DNA of 63,914 nt, filler included, from Octopus bimaculoides (Eukaryota), in NCBI RefSeq assembly GCF_001194135.2. It is 6 parts of 6 records of this genome, joined end to end, with 100 filler letters (N's around TTAATTAATTAA, not from the genome) between each part and the next. Parts side by side here need not be neighbours in the genome. Positions count along the whole stretch, not along the records: positions 25,176 to 43,697 come from NC_068988.1; positions 43,798 to 49,754 come from NC_068985.1; positions 49,855 to 62,646 come from NC_068984.1; 3 more parts are not named here. One strand, 5' to 3'. The notes beneath the pieces were generated by a model. That model was given only the letters and a program-made list of their open reading frames with translations. It had not been told where the DNA came from and searched no databases. The position numbers and the translations under genes were made by a program. Position 1 is the stretch's first letter; every line of letters starts with the position of its first letter. Below, piece by piece: positions 42,566-54,814 of this stretch.

Positions 42566-43651
42566 TTAATCCGGGTCTTAACGCGTGGAATATATATATA
42601 TCACTTTTAGACGTGTGTGTCTATACATATGTGTGTGTATGTGTGTGTATTTATGCATATATATTTATGTGTGTGTATTTATACATATAATGTTTATGTG
42701 TGCGTATGGGTGTGTGTGTGTGTATCTATGTATATTTGTGTGTGTGTGTGTGTGTATGTATATGTAGTGTGAATAGATGTGCGTAAGTCTCTGTATATGT
42801 ATAAGAGTTTATCGTATCTAGATGCTTATTTTTGTGTATGTGTGTAGGTTATATGTGTATGCATGTGTGTGTGTGTAAGTACTTGTGTGTGTGTGGATGT
42901 ATATATGTAGATGTCTCGCTCTGGGTCTCTGTGTATATATGTTTATACGTATCTTTCGTTAGATATGTCTACCAGCAGCAGTTTATATCTATATCTATGT
43001 GTCTCTAAGTATACACGTATATACAATGCCCATTATGAGTGAGTGTATGTGAGAGTGCTGTGTCTGTGCATATGCTTGTGTCTGTTCTGGTATATTTTTC
43101 TTCGATGTGCATGAGCTACGGCGTGTATACGCTAACGGTGTTTTGGTACCTCATCCGTATATGCATATGAATCCGTACGTGTATTTTTTTTTCTATTTAT
43201 CTATCTTACTCATTGTCTTCCTTCTACGAAATGTGCGCACTAAATACAATAATAATAATAATAATAGTAATAATAATGATAATAATAATGATGATGTTGA
43301 TGGTGTTGATAGTGATGATGCTTGTTACCAATTTACTATTTACTACAGAACAACAAAGAGATTCTTCTCACCGACTTCATCGGTCCTTTCTCATCTTTAT
43401 CATCATCACCATCACCATTATCAGCATTATCGAGTTCATCATTGTTATTTTAGACATCTTCATCAATCTCTTCAACATCAACATCGTCATCTACATGTCT
43501 ATCTCATTAACATTATTATCTTTGGTCTAAGATAAAAGCTAATGGCATCTAATACCATCCAGTGCAATCCAGTATTATTCAGTGTTTATCCACGGACGTT
43601 GAACTTCACCAGCGTGTATATATACCTACACAAACATTTTCATACTTAGAC

Positions 43652-43697
<46 letters not shown>

Positions 43698-44050
43698 NNN
43701 NNNNNNNNNNNNNNNNNNNNNNNNNNNNNNNNNNNNNNNNNTTAATTAATTAANNNNNNNNNNNNNNNNNNNNNNNNNNNNNNNNNNNNNNNNNNNNATA
43801 TATATATATATATATAGGTTATGAGCGAAAGTGATGTCAATTAGACCCAGAGGTTTCATGTAATGCTGAGTAAGTGCTGTGGATAGACCATAGTTAAGCT
43901 CCAGGTTCGGTGATTATGCGAATAAGGGGCCCAACGTAGGTCATATATCAGCGTGTGAATATAAGGATTTCGTAATGAGATAAATAACCAAAGCTGTGTG
44001 TTCTATATTATATACAACCTTGGTTCTTTATCTCATTACGAAATCTATAT

Positions 44051-44101
<51 letters not shown>

Positions 44102-44179
44102 CACACACAAACACAACACTTTTCCTTAACTAACACTATTACACTATAATCAACTAGAAAATTAACTTCCACCTAAAAT

Positions 44180-46200
44180 ATGTTGAAACCTCCGTGAAAG
44201 ATTAAATGTCTTTTGTAAAAAAACGGAAAACTTCGTTAAAAGATTTAACTGGCTGGGGGTGCTTCTTCAATGAAACTGTTGATAATAACACAGAACCTAA
44301 GTTTGGTTTTAAAGCTAACAAGGATCAACCCATTAATAAGCTGTTAATCTCTCTTGAAGAGGACCTTTATATACCCATCAAGAACATAAAACTCAAAGAT
44401 TACAACAAATTCTAGAGGGACCGCACCCCTAAGTTTGGAAGTTATCAAGAGATCAGAAGACATGTTTATAAAATCTGATAAATCTAAGAATTTAATCCAA
44501 ATAAATTACAAGTCTTATAAGAATTTTATCTCCAATTCTATATACAAAACCAAATAAATCCAGTGGAACCTGTAAAATGACATCAATGAACAGGATAAAA
44601 GATAACCTACAAATGAGTGCTGTAAAACCCTTTCGTTAAAAAGTATATCTATTCTTTTTTTTTACGTTCAAGTATCACAAGATCGATTTCGTATACAAAC
44701 TAAACAATTAGATTGTTGAACACTAAGAGCGACGTCGGCCTGATCAGCAAGCATGTTAACAGTATAATTTCCGATGTCAAAATGCTCTCACTTTTACCTC
44801 CACTGAATATCATATTGGAGGTAACTATTTGGTTTAAGACTTTGTTGTTGTTGGCACTCCGTCGCTTACGACGTCAAGGGTTCAAGTTGATCCGATCAAC
44901 GGAACAGCCTGCTCGTGAAATTAACGTGCAAATGGCTGAGCACTCCACAGACACGTATACCCTTAACGTAGTTCTCGGGGATATTCAGCGTGACACAGTG
45001 TGACAAGGCTGACCCTTTGAATTACAGGCACAACAGAAACAGGAAGTAAGAGTGAGAGAAAGTTGTGGTGGAAGAGTACAGCAGGGTTCGCCACCATCCC
45101 CTGCCGGAGCCTCGTGGAGCCTTAGGTGTTTTCGCTCAATAAACACTCACAACGCCCGGTCTGGGAATCGAAACCGCGATCCTATGACCGCGAGTCCGCT
45201 GCCCTAACCACTGGGCCATTGCGCCTCCACTGGTTTAAGACTATCCCAAGCAAAAACAGAAGGACAGTTTTATAGTTTGACATCTGCGATTATGTCTGAA
45301 TCGCCCTTCTGTTAAAAAAAAAAAGCAATACATTTTACTAGGTCAATCACCAATATCATAAACAGCAAAATATAAATCATTGTACACGCACGTAAAATAG
45401 TCAAATTTAATTGCAACTCAGATGATCCCTACGATATTACAATTGGTGTCAAAATCATGGCTGAAACCAGCGATCCCACGGGCTTATCAATCCTACACAA
45501 AACGAAAAATCACGGGCGGTTGTTTTCGTGACAACGGAGTGTTAACCAAACCTAATGGAAACCTACTTGTAACTGATAGCTTCAGAAAAATAAACTCCAT
45601 AATTTCAAGAATTTCCTAAAACGAACTCTTGTTACTCACGATCTCTTCAATTCCTCTTATTACTCAGCACACATTTAAGGGAGCAATTACACCTATAAGT
45701 ACTATAACCACCCCAGACATGTAATGTATAATCTGATACCGAATATCTCACTTCGGCTTCCCTAACTTTCATCAAACCAATAGATTTCCAGAATGCATCC
45801 CAACACTACAATGAAGCCTAAGCAAGAAGTGGCTATAAGGATAGAATTTTACACCATACAGCACCCAACTTCTGCCTCAACAGAATCAATCATAGAAAAA
45901 TAAACATTATTCGGTAGGTTCCGACTTTCAAAATCACATTCTCTACACCATCAGCACAACACTTCTTTCAGTTACTTGAAAATCATTTCTCCTTAAACCA
46001 TAAAATATTACCAGATTTTTGGTGAAAACCTTATCAAACCTACTTTCTCTACTCTAAACTTCAACCGCAATTTAACATATATACTAACACCTCTAAGCTT
46101 AAGCAGGACAAAATCAGTAACCAACAACGCATCAATCCTTGTAATTATACTGATACCATAGCTAATATCTAAAGCTTAACTAGTTGACAAAAGATATGAT
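44180..46200 (+). mobile_element. Decayed Penelope-like RT/linker region interrupted by a SINE
   Basis: EPKFGFK..LISLEEDLY.PIKNIK (RT N-terminus) and ..KIISP*TIKYYQIFGENLIKPTFSTL (typical HFP..HKYH.IF..N.IK.SYS linker), with stops and frameshifts. Confidence 0.65.
44843..45230 (-). mobile_element. SINE family C, full-length
   Basis: Near-identical to 18803-19189. Confidence 0.92.
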
Positions 46201-47485
46201 GTAACACTGTATGATGTGTTCTAACACTAGCCTTCACTGGAATAAACTGGTATAAATGATATGATGTAACACTAGCCTTCACTGGTATAAACTTTAAATT
46301 CAGCTTTTATTCTCAAAGGCATTCCTTTAGACTTCATATATCTGGTCGTAATAGAGTCTATACCCTTTCATTTTATTTAGAATATACTTTCGAAAACTAA
46401 GACGTGGGTGAAGGACAATATTTTTTGAGATTTTTGCACCATAGAAAATTATGATATTCTTTTTGCGGAAAAAAACTTTAACCAATTGTCATTTAGAAAA
46501 ATTACTATCAATTGCATTCCAATAAAATTTATCGCATACAAAACTTTCCATCGACCAATATCTATGTGAATGTGTTTATTTGTGAATATATTAAAACTTT
46601 TATCATTCGATCCATACGGTCAATAGTATTACATCCGTTTTTCACTTCCATTATTTTTAGCGATTCTTTTTTCATCGCGTGCCAATACATCATTGTCATA
46701 GTTTTTGTATCCAAAGTCAATACATCACTAAACATTATTATTATTATTATTATACTCAGAGTAAAGGCGTCGAGTTTAATTAACCATCTTATAATAGGAA
46801 GAACGTACATTGGACTAAGTAGCCATAGATAAACACCAAAATGGTAGTTGTGATCGGAATACCTTTGATTAGAGATCCATTCTATCAAGGCCCACCTGAA
46901 GCTAGACAACAACATAAGAAACCAAAAGAAAATTATACAGAGACACTTTAACAAATATATTCCCTTCTTTGATACTTACACGCGTATCCATAGTTAATTA
47001 CTTTACTCGGGAAGTAACCATCTATGGGATTCTTTGATTTGAACCTATGATTTCGTGTTAAGATTGATGCTAAAGTTCAACATAACGAAGCCCTCTATAG
47101 TCAATTATCCTCATCAAGCACACACCTCTTTAAAATTCTTTTGAAGGCTCTATTTCTTCAACTTTTCTCCTTTATTTCTTGTATCCCCTAAATTTTCCTC
47201 CCGTAATGTAAAGCTCTAGACAAAATATCATTTTGATTGCTTTTCCTCGGTAAAGGTTTAAAAAACAAAAAACATTTTTTCGTGCATCTTAAATAATTAT
47301 GCGAGAGAGTGTCTAAGTGTGCTGTTTTTGGCATGTGCGTGTGTGCCATTAAGCGAATGTGTGTGTGTGCGATTATTTGAGAAGAATGTGAATAGATGGT
47401 TAATTATACTCATGGCACATAAAAATATATGAAAGAATGTGCCAAAAAGTCAAAAATATACGTGTATATTTATAAGTGCCAAAGA

Positions 47486-47530
<45 letters not shown>

Positions 47531-48772
47531 GAGAGAGAGAGAGAGAGATTTATATATACCCCATATAAACACTCTTGCACGGAAATACGCAGACTCACCC
47601 ATTTACATACTGTATATACACTAAAAGAAAAACGATAGTAGCTACATAATTATATTTATGTTACACTGCTAAAGAAATTTATCTACAGAAGTAAAGATAT
47701 GTCTTAATCCTTTAAGACGATCGGGAAAACCAACACCTAACTGCCAAATGTTGCAATGTTTGATCGGTGGTTAATCTTACTATCAAACACCTGTTTCCAA
47801 CCTCCAGTTAGTCCTAGCAACCTAAATTCAGAAAGACAAAAACATATTTCAGTGATCTTCCGTTATAAGTACATAAAATGGCCGACAAAAATTCAGCTGT
47901 TGGTATGGTGACTATATACACTATATGTAATAAGCAGCCTGTATCCATCTCTGCTTGTTCCCCTGCCCTGATATTTCCTAGGTTTCGTGGAAATACTTTC
48001 CCCACATCTAAATTGTATGCGTGAATTTTATTATTTATTTAATGATAAACCTTTAATAGTACAGCGTATTACTATAAATATAGATAAATATGGATAATAT
48101 AGATGATGGAGAGAAGTTAATGTAATGGTGAAAACAGCGGTGGAACGATTGATTAAAAGCTTTGCATTAGAATGTATCACCTCCCGCGCACCCCCACACT
48201 CTCATCCTTTTGAGGGTCTATAAAATAAAATTTGTCATTCACCCCTACGGAGTTATTGGTTCTATATGTTCCAACAGTGCCCTCGATTTTCATCAGAGTA
48301 CTCATTCTTTTTATTGTCTGTAATATAATAGCTGTGCATCATTATTCACGCAGTCAAAATAGGCATCAAATTATAAGGCAAGTCGATATACTTATAACGA
48401 TGATGGTTAAATAAATGACGTGTGAATGGATATATGTACGACTTGAGATGGAAACTGAACTGATAAGCATCGAGTTATTCTCCGTTCTAAAATACAATAG
48501 TTGCCATACATGAAATAAAATAACATTACTGGTTACAATAAAGATGTGTGAGAGACTTCGTGTTTAGGCTGGACTGTTGATCTAGTAGACACAGTTGACG
48601 AACTGTTTGGTGGTGTGTAGAGGCAGCTGTTGGTCTCAGACAGCAACGATGTGAGCAGGCGTCTGGTGGAGTGAAAGCGGAGACTGGCTAATGTCAGATA
48701 CATCGTTACTGGAAACGAGTTGCGTATGCTCAGTGGTGTATGCCAAAGCATTTCTTTATTTGCCTATAGCGG

Positions 48773-49165
48773 TGTAGGGAAGTGGTTATACACCATTAGG
48801 TGTACTCCGCTTCCGTACATTAAATTTCTTGAAGAAACAACGGAACGCAGATTCTGAACTATCAACACAACAATATTTATTACAATAGAAGTCGGCAGCA
48901 CTTTGCCCTTTGGTTACTGAGACGCCGTCAATGAAGTTGCGTGGTTATTTGTGTAGCTCCAGAGTTGGATTGTTGGAGAGAGGCTGCTACGACGTCTAGG
49001 CTCTTCGTCGGCAGGGTGAAAGAGAGTGAAAAGAAGCGCGAAAGCTTGGATGTCGATGACTACGCATGCGCATGAGACTCTTCCTGTATTCCTTCCGGAA
49101 CTAGTCCCTGCGCATGCGTGGATAAAAACTCCGGAAATGTCGTCTGCTATAAAGGCGTCACTACA
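48773..49165 (-). mobile_element. LTR, diverged paralog of the 11148 solo LTR
   Basis: Minus strand TGTAGTGACG...CCACTTCCCTACA; flanks gcgg/tggg do not form a perfect TSD. Confidence 0.85.
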
Positions 49166-49713
49166 TGGGTATACATAGAGGGGACAGAACAAGGACGGTT
49201 TTTGCACAGGGCTGGAGTTACAATGATAGATAAAAATTGATTAAATCGATATCTTAAATCGAAAAGATGAATGAGAATAAAAATTAGATCATTATAATAA
49301 ACACAGGGACCTTTATGATTTGACGGGCAACATTTTTTTATGTAGTGTTTTTGGTACCGAAACACTTTCAAACTTCATATACTTGCATATTTTGTGGTAT
49401 AGAACAGATAAAAAATTTTGTATCCGTAGTTATTTCACGTTAAAAATTGTCTTATTTCAATAATTTCAACTAATCACTGACGTCTATTCAGTTGAATACA
49501 GTTAGTGCTGTGACGGTGTATATGGTATTAATCCCCGTTAGTTCTGACATTTCCGATTAACTAGACTGTTCATAAACAAAGGGGAAAAAGCCATCAAAAT
49601 ACTTGAATATTGCCTGCACTTGTTATTGAACTGCCAGAATTATTAATGCACCTCCACCAAGTGCTTCATTTCCTAGAAATAGCAGCCAAATCTTCTTCAA
49701 ATCAAACTCTAGT

Positions 49714-49754
49714 TTAGGGTTAGGGTTCGGGTTTTAGAGTTAGGGTTAGGGTTA
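49714..49754 (+). repeat. Degenerate (TTAGGG)n telomere-like tract at a gap edge
   Basis: ttagggttagggttcgggttttagagttagggttagggtta. Confidence 0.75.
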
Positions 49755-49854
49755 NNNNNNNNNNNNNNNNNNNNNNNNNNNNNNNNNNNNNNNNNNNNTT
49801 AATTAATTAANNNNNNNNNNNNNNNNNNNNNNNNNNNNNNNNNNNNNNNNNNNN

Positions 49855-50726
49855 GACCAGCCGGCCCATGACAAATCTGACAAAAGGGGGGACCCGCAGA
49901 ACTACTAGCTCACGAACTGCATCTGAAAGTTGGCGCGCCAATCATGCTGCTAAGGAATTTAGATGCTCCAATAATGTGCAATGGTACGCAGATGATTATC
50001 AAAAAATTGTGCTCCCGAGTTCTGTAGGCAACAATCTTGAATGAACCAGCCACTGGCTAAGACATACTTATAACTCCCATGTCCCTTACCCACTCCGATA
50101 CGACCTACAAGTTTAAACAGATGCAATTTCCCATAACAATCAACAAGGCGCAGGGACAATCAGCGCAAGCGGTTGGTTTGAATCTGACAGAGCAAGTATT
50201 CTCACACACACAACTGTACGTTGGCTGTCCCCATGGTCTTTCTATTTGAGCACCCGAGGGAAGGACGAAGAATGTTGTCTACCAAGAGGCACTCCAATGA
50301 TAACAACGGCAACTTCAACTGCTCCAATTTCAACTCCGCAATTTTTTCATCGTCCTGCCAGCCCACATAAGTCCAGTCTTGCTTTGCTCTCCTTACTAAC
50401 TCACCATGACATTCTTTTTTTTCTACCAAGATCCATCGCCCAAACACCACTTTGTATCCACTTCTTCCTCATATATATATATATATAAAATTCAAAAAAA
50501 GCAACATGGATTTTCAAGGATATTGCAGTATGCACGTTTCATGCCACTCCATTTATTTAAGTAATGCGAGCATTACATTAAATGTAAAATGCAGAGCAAT
50601 CTTCAGCTGCACAAGGATACAGAAAATTTACTGAAAATTTCATTTCAGCAGAATGGACATATTACTGTAAGTGGGGAAGAAGAATACAAAAAAAACATCT
50701 TGACATAGCCAAGGCTAGCAGGCTAG
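49855..50726 (+). mobile_element. Helitron 3' end (PIF1-like helicase C-terminus plus terminus)
   Basis: HELHLKVGAPIMLLRNL...CNGT, TINKAQGQS, VFSHTQLYVG, GRTKNVVYQEAL*; small tagcc/ggcta hairpin, then CTAG|T at 50723-50727. Confidence 0.88.
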
Positions 50727-52559
50727 TAATTGATTCTAGGTAGGATTCTAACTGTCCCTGATTTTATTTGTTTTTTATCTAGTGATTTAAAGGAGCAACC
50801 AGCCTTTCTCTTATAAGGAAAATGGAAGGGGTAAGCATTATACATGGATGTGGTTATAAAGATTCCTCTGGTCATAGTGGCTACACAATTTTAGGTTGGG
50901 TTTTTTTTAGTCAACAGGACTTTTTCTATAGTCAGAATAATGTATCAGTATTGTTTTACATATACTAAGTATGAAAACTTATAGATATCAATATTAGCTT
51001 AATTATTATGTTAATAATAAAGATGTAACTAGTTCATACAAAAACCCTAAAGTAGTGTCAATTTTGAATTTAAAAGCTAGAGATAAGGTGTGAAGTTTAA
51101 AAATTTATATATATTGGACTAAAGAAACTATTTTAAATTATTTTAAAAATTATTTTAAAATTTAAATTTAAGCTAATATATCTAATATTATTTGAAAGAC
51201 ACAAGAGATAAAATTTATTTTTATAATGTAAAGAATTAATATAGGATTTACATAGTTTATAATAATGGGTTTATCAAGGTTTAAGGAACTAATAAAAAGA
51301 ATGGTAGGAATTAACAAAGAATTCAATAATAGTCCAAGACAATTAATAGAGAACATGATAATTATGTACTAGTTTAATTATACTATCTTACATAGTCAAG
51401 AACTTGTTTTAAAACTAATATGAGCTAATTGCAGAATATTAATGGAACAAGGATTAGATTTATTTAAGTCAAACTATAAAATAACTATAACACTACCAAT
51501 ACAAGCCCTGAAATAATGGAATAAAAAGGATCCTTTTAGAGTCAGGCATTAAATAAAATGAAATATATAAATTATTCAAGGTTTGAGAACTAATTAAAAA
51601 CATTAAGGACTAATAAAACATCCTATTCTTATAAGCTTATAAGCAACATGCTAGAGAAAAAAACAAGAAAAAAGTATTTTGAAAACTATATTAACTCAAA
51701 AAAATCACTGCATTAGAAAAATACCTGGCAAAACTAAACTTTCTCTTACGTTAAGAAACCATATATTCCTCAGAAATTCACTTTTAGTGAGTGTTTTAGC
51801 ACTAAACATGATTGATAATATGTTTTAAAAAAAGCCTTCTCTCATATACTTTGGAATGAGCGGAAGAGAGTCCAAATCAAAGATTGTGAAGTGTCACAGG
51901 TGCTGTTCTACAAGTGGAATGGCAAAAGTCAACAAAACATCACAAATATGGGAGAATTTCTAAATGCAAGTATTTTCAGCAAAATGAGTGGATAGTGACA
52001 GCTGGAAATTCCAACACAGTGTGGGAAGGTTGACAAGCACATATATATATATATATGCTTGTCAACCTAATTTCACCCCTCTCATAGGGAGTGGGTGGAA
52101 ATTAGTAACCAGGGTAAAATGAGTAATCTCTGATTTCTTGTTATTTTCTCCCTACCTGTTTGAAATCATTACATTGCAAGTATGGCATCATCATTTTGTA
52201 CTGTTGTATCATCTTTAAGAGTAAAACTTGGTCAGCATAGTTACTGTTGTTGAAGTTGAGAGAGTCCAAAACATATTACCTTATCTTGGCTTACTCATTT
52301 TGCCCAGCTAAATTTGTCTTTTATATGCTCAAAGAGAACGGCAATAATTTTCTGAAATAGTAATCAAATCATGTTATGTTTTTAATGCATTTTGCATTTG
52401 GAGAAGGTCATTTGTAAGAAATATATTTTGTCTCAAAGTCAAAAATGCAATAAAAACTCCTCATTGTCCCCTCACCCCTCATTATTTCATACATACATAA
52501 ACTGATGCAGACTTTGTGGAGTTAACACTGAAAATATCACCCACATCATAAGCAGTTGT

Positions 52560-53070
52560 TTGAAAATGTCATCATGGTGTCATCTACCAATGAGACTTGA
52601 TGAAATCCATCAGAAGGGTAACTTAATGAAATCCATCAGGATAACCCCGAAGACACAGAAATAAGAACCCACAGTATGGTAGAAGCCAGAGCCACTCATA
52701 ATAAAGAGGAGTACTGGTGGAATGTCCCAGTGAAAACCTGATATAATGATTTGGGGTAGAGTACAGCTGTGGAAATTAGCTGCCCAGCAGAAGTTAACAT
52801 AAAGCTGAATGAAGATCAGTGAAAAAGAGAATACCTACACCGAACAACCGAGAAATCTGCAGTTACTCTACCCAGATTACAAGTTTCAGGTTTATACCTG
52901 TAATTATTGGAGTACTGGGATATGTAACACACTGCCTAAATACCAATCTTGAGAAATTAGGCTTCTCAAAACCAAAAAGGAGAAAGCTAATTTGAAGACT
53001 ACAGATCAAATCCATCGCTGGAACTGTAAAAATCAGTAAAACTTGCCAGAATTTTATCATTTAAATATAT
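52560..53070 (+). mobile_element. RLE-type LINE 3' fragment of a different family
   Basis: EISCPAEVNI..SEKENTY..NLQLLYPDYKF..PVIIGVLGYV..LQIKSIAGTVKI across frameshifts. Confidence 0.65.
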
Positions 53071-53481
53071 ATGATCGTGTTTAGATATGCAAACTATATC
53101 CATGAGAATACATACATAAAACAAAATATACAAATCTGCGCACATACAAACAAAAATACCCTGTTGGTGATGTTGAAATTCCAATGAAGGAGCCTTGGAT
53201 CTAGGTTAGAAACCGACTCTTTCTCTATTGGCAAGAAATCTTGAAATAAAACTGAATAGACACATATATACATACGTACGTATGTATGTTGTAATTTTCA
53301 ACTCCAATACTGAACAGAAGTGAAGGCTTTTGCGAAATTGACAGATTTTATATTAAATTAAAGTGAAACAATTTTTTGTACGTAAATAAGCTGAACGCAT
53401 ATCCCTTGTTTATGAGAAGGTGGGGCGTTATTTGAGGAAGGTTTGTTCGCTACTTCTAGTTTAACGAGCGACCATGTAGCG

Positions 53482-53891
53482 CAGTGCTTCTCAACCTTTT
53501 TTTTTTTTTTTGCCTATGGACCCCTTTGATTTCTATTTTACTCTGCAGGACCCCCATAACCATTCGATGTTTAAATAAAATTCTATTATATTTTTATAAT
53601 CGAATATTATTTGGAATTGCATAGAAAAATTGTTGAAATATTTTGTGGATTGGAATTGGAGAAGTATAACCAATTTTATTACACGTAAATTTTAACAACA
53701 AAATCGGCACTATCATGCTATTAGCTGTCAGAAGTGAAAGTGCTCACTGCTAGTGAAGTATCTGTCTGCCTGCCTGCTTGTTGCTGGCCTGTCGATTCTT
53801 TGGCTACTGACAGCTAATACCATGACTGGCCGGAGCGTCTGTCTCTCTCTCTATCTATCTATCTTATATGGATGCCGTTTGAGAACCACTG
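53482..53891. mobile_element. hAT-type terminal inverted repeats without a matching TSD
   Basis: cagtgcttctcaac at 53482 and ttgagaaccactg ending at 53891; flanks match only 4/8. Confidence 0.55.
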
Positions 53892-54800
53892 ACGGAGGCT
53901 TCGTCTTTTACCCATGGCCTGTTAGTAATTGCTTGTCAGCAGCGAAGCAGCGAACAAAATATTCGCTGAAGTGGAATGCAATGGACAAAAACAAATTAAG
54001 CCACGCCTATTAAAAAAAGCATGTTTTTGTTTAACAAGAGGACTGTCCTATTTCAGTGAATATATGGTGAAAGACGTTCCAGTCATGACCATCCCTTTCT
54101 TTTTTCGAATATGGTGTATCTTGGATTGTATTTTCAGGCCTTGTGTCTGTAGTAGAAAAACATATCTACTATGTCCCTGCTGCTTTCAAGATGGTAGGGA
54201 GATTTGGCTGTTGTTTCTAGTAAGTCAAGTGACCGAGTATAGAGTCCTCCCTGACTTTGAAAAAGGAAAAAAATATATGTAATATTAAGAGGGTGAAAAT
54301 ATTTCTGTTGTAACAATTACGAAAGATTAACAAAAATAAATAATAATACATGTTCATATCAAAGAAAATTCGATTAATTCTCCTTAACCTTCACAACATA
54401 AATTCAAATGAAATCAAGAAATGCTTTCAGCGAAGTTTAGGCTTAGCTATCTAATCGAAGTCCCAAGAATCGTATGTTCTGTTGCATGAAATACGGGAAT
54501 TCTAAAAATGAAGAGAAAACTACTCTTCCTTTCCCATGAAATACAGGACTTTGACCGACAACGTTTCCAAAACTCCGCCATATTTTCAACTATTGTGTAT
54601 ATGTATTCGTAAATTGAAAATTAATTTTCAAATGATCATCCCCGCAAAAATAAATAGGCGATGGTTCGTCTTTATCGCTAATAAATAAATAAAATAAAAA
54701 TAGAATATGAAAACTACAATATACAGATAGAAATGTAGCTAAATTAATACTGTTCTCGTAAAGAAACGAGAGAAATATTGTTATGATTACAATAATGGCG

Positions 54801-54814
54801 GTGCCCTTAGCAAC
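54801..54814 (+). promoter_or_regulatory. RFX X-box-like motif in the presumptive CDK20 promoter
   Basis: GTGCCCTTAGCAAC is one mismatch from RTHNYYWTRRNRAC; strong donor AG|gtaagt at 55078 suggests a non-coding first exon. Confidence 0.45.

Noticed and set aside
46562-46954. 130-aa minus-strand ORF with a hydrophobic start
   Set aside because: It runs through an (ATA)n repeat and has no family motifs; not SLC7 (wrong strand).
51168-51356. Hydrophobic ORF resembling a mitochondrial ND gene (NUMT)
   Set aside because: No conserved ND motifs under either genetic code; the hydrophobicity is explained by AT richness.
54470-54581. MAEFWK.. on the minus strand as a WBP4-like start
   Set aside because: Similarity ends after six residues, there is no good donor, and no downstream exons were found.
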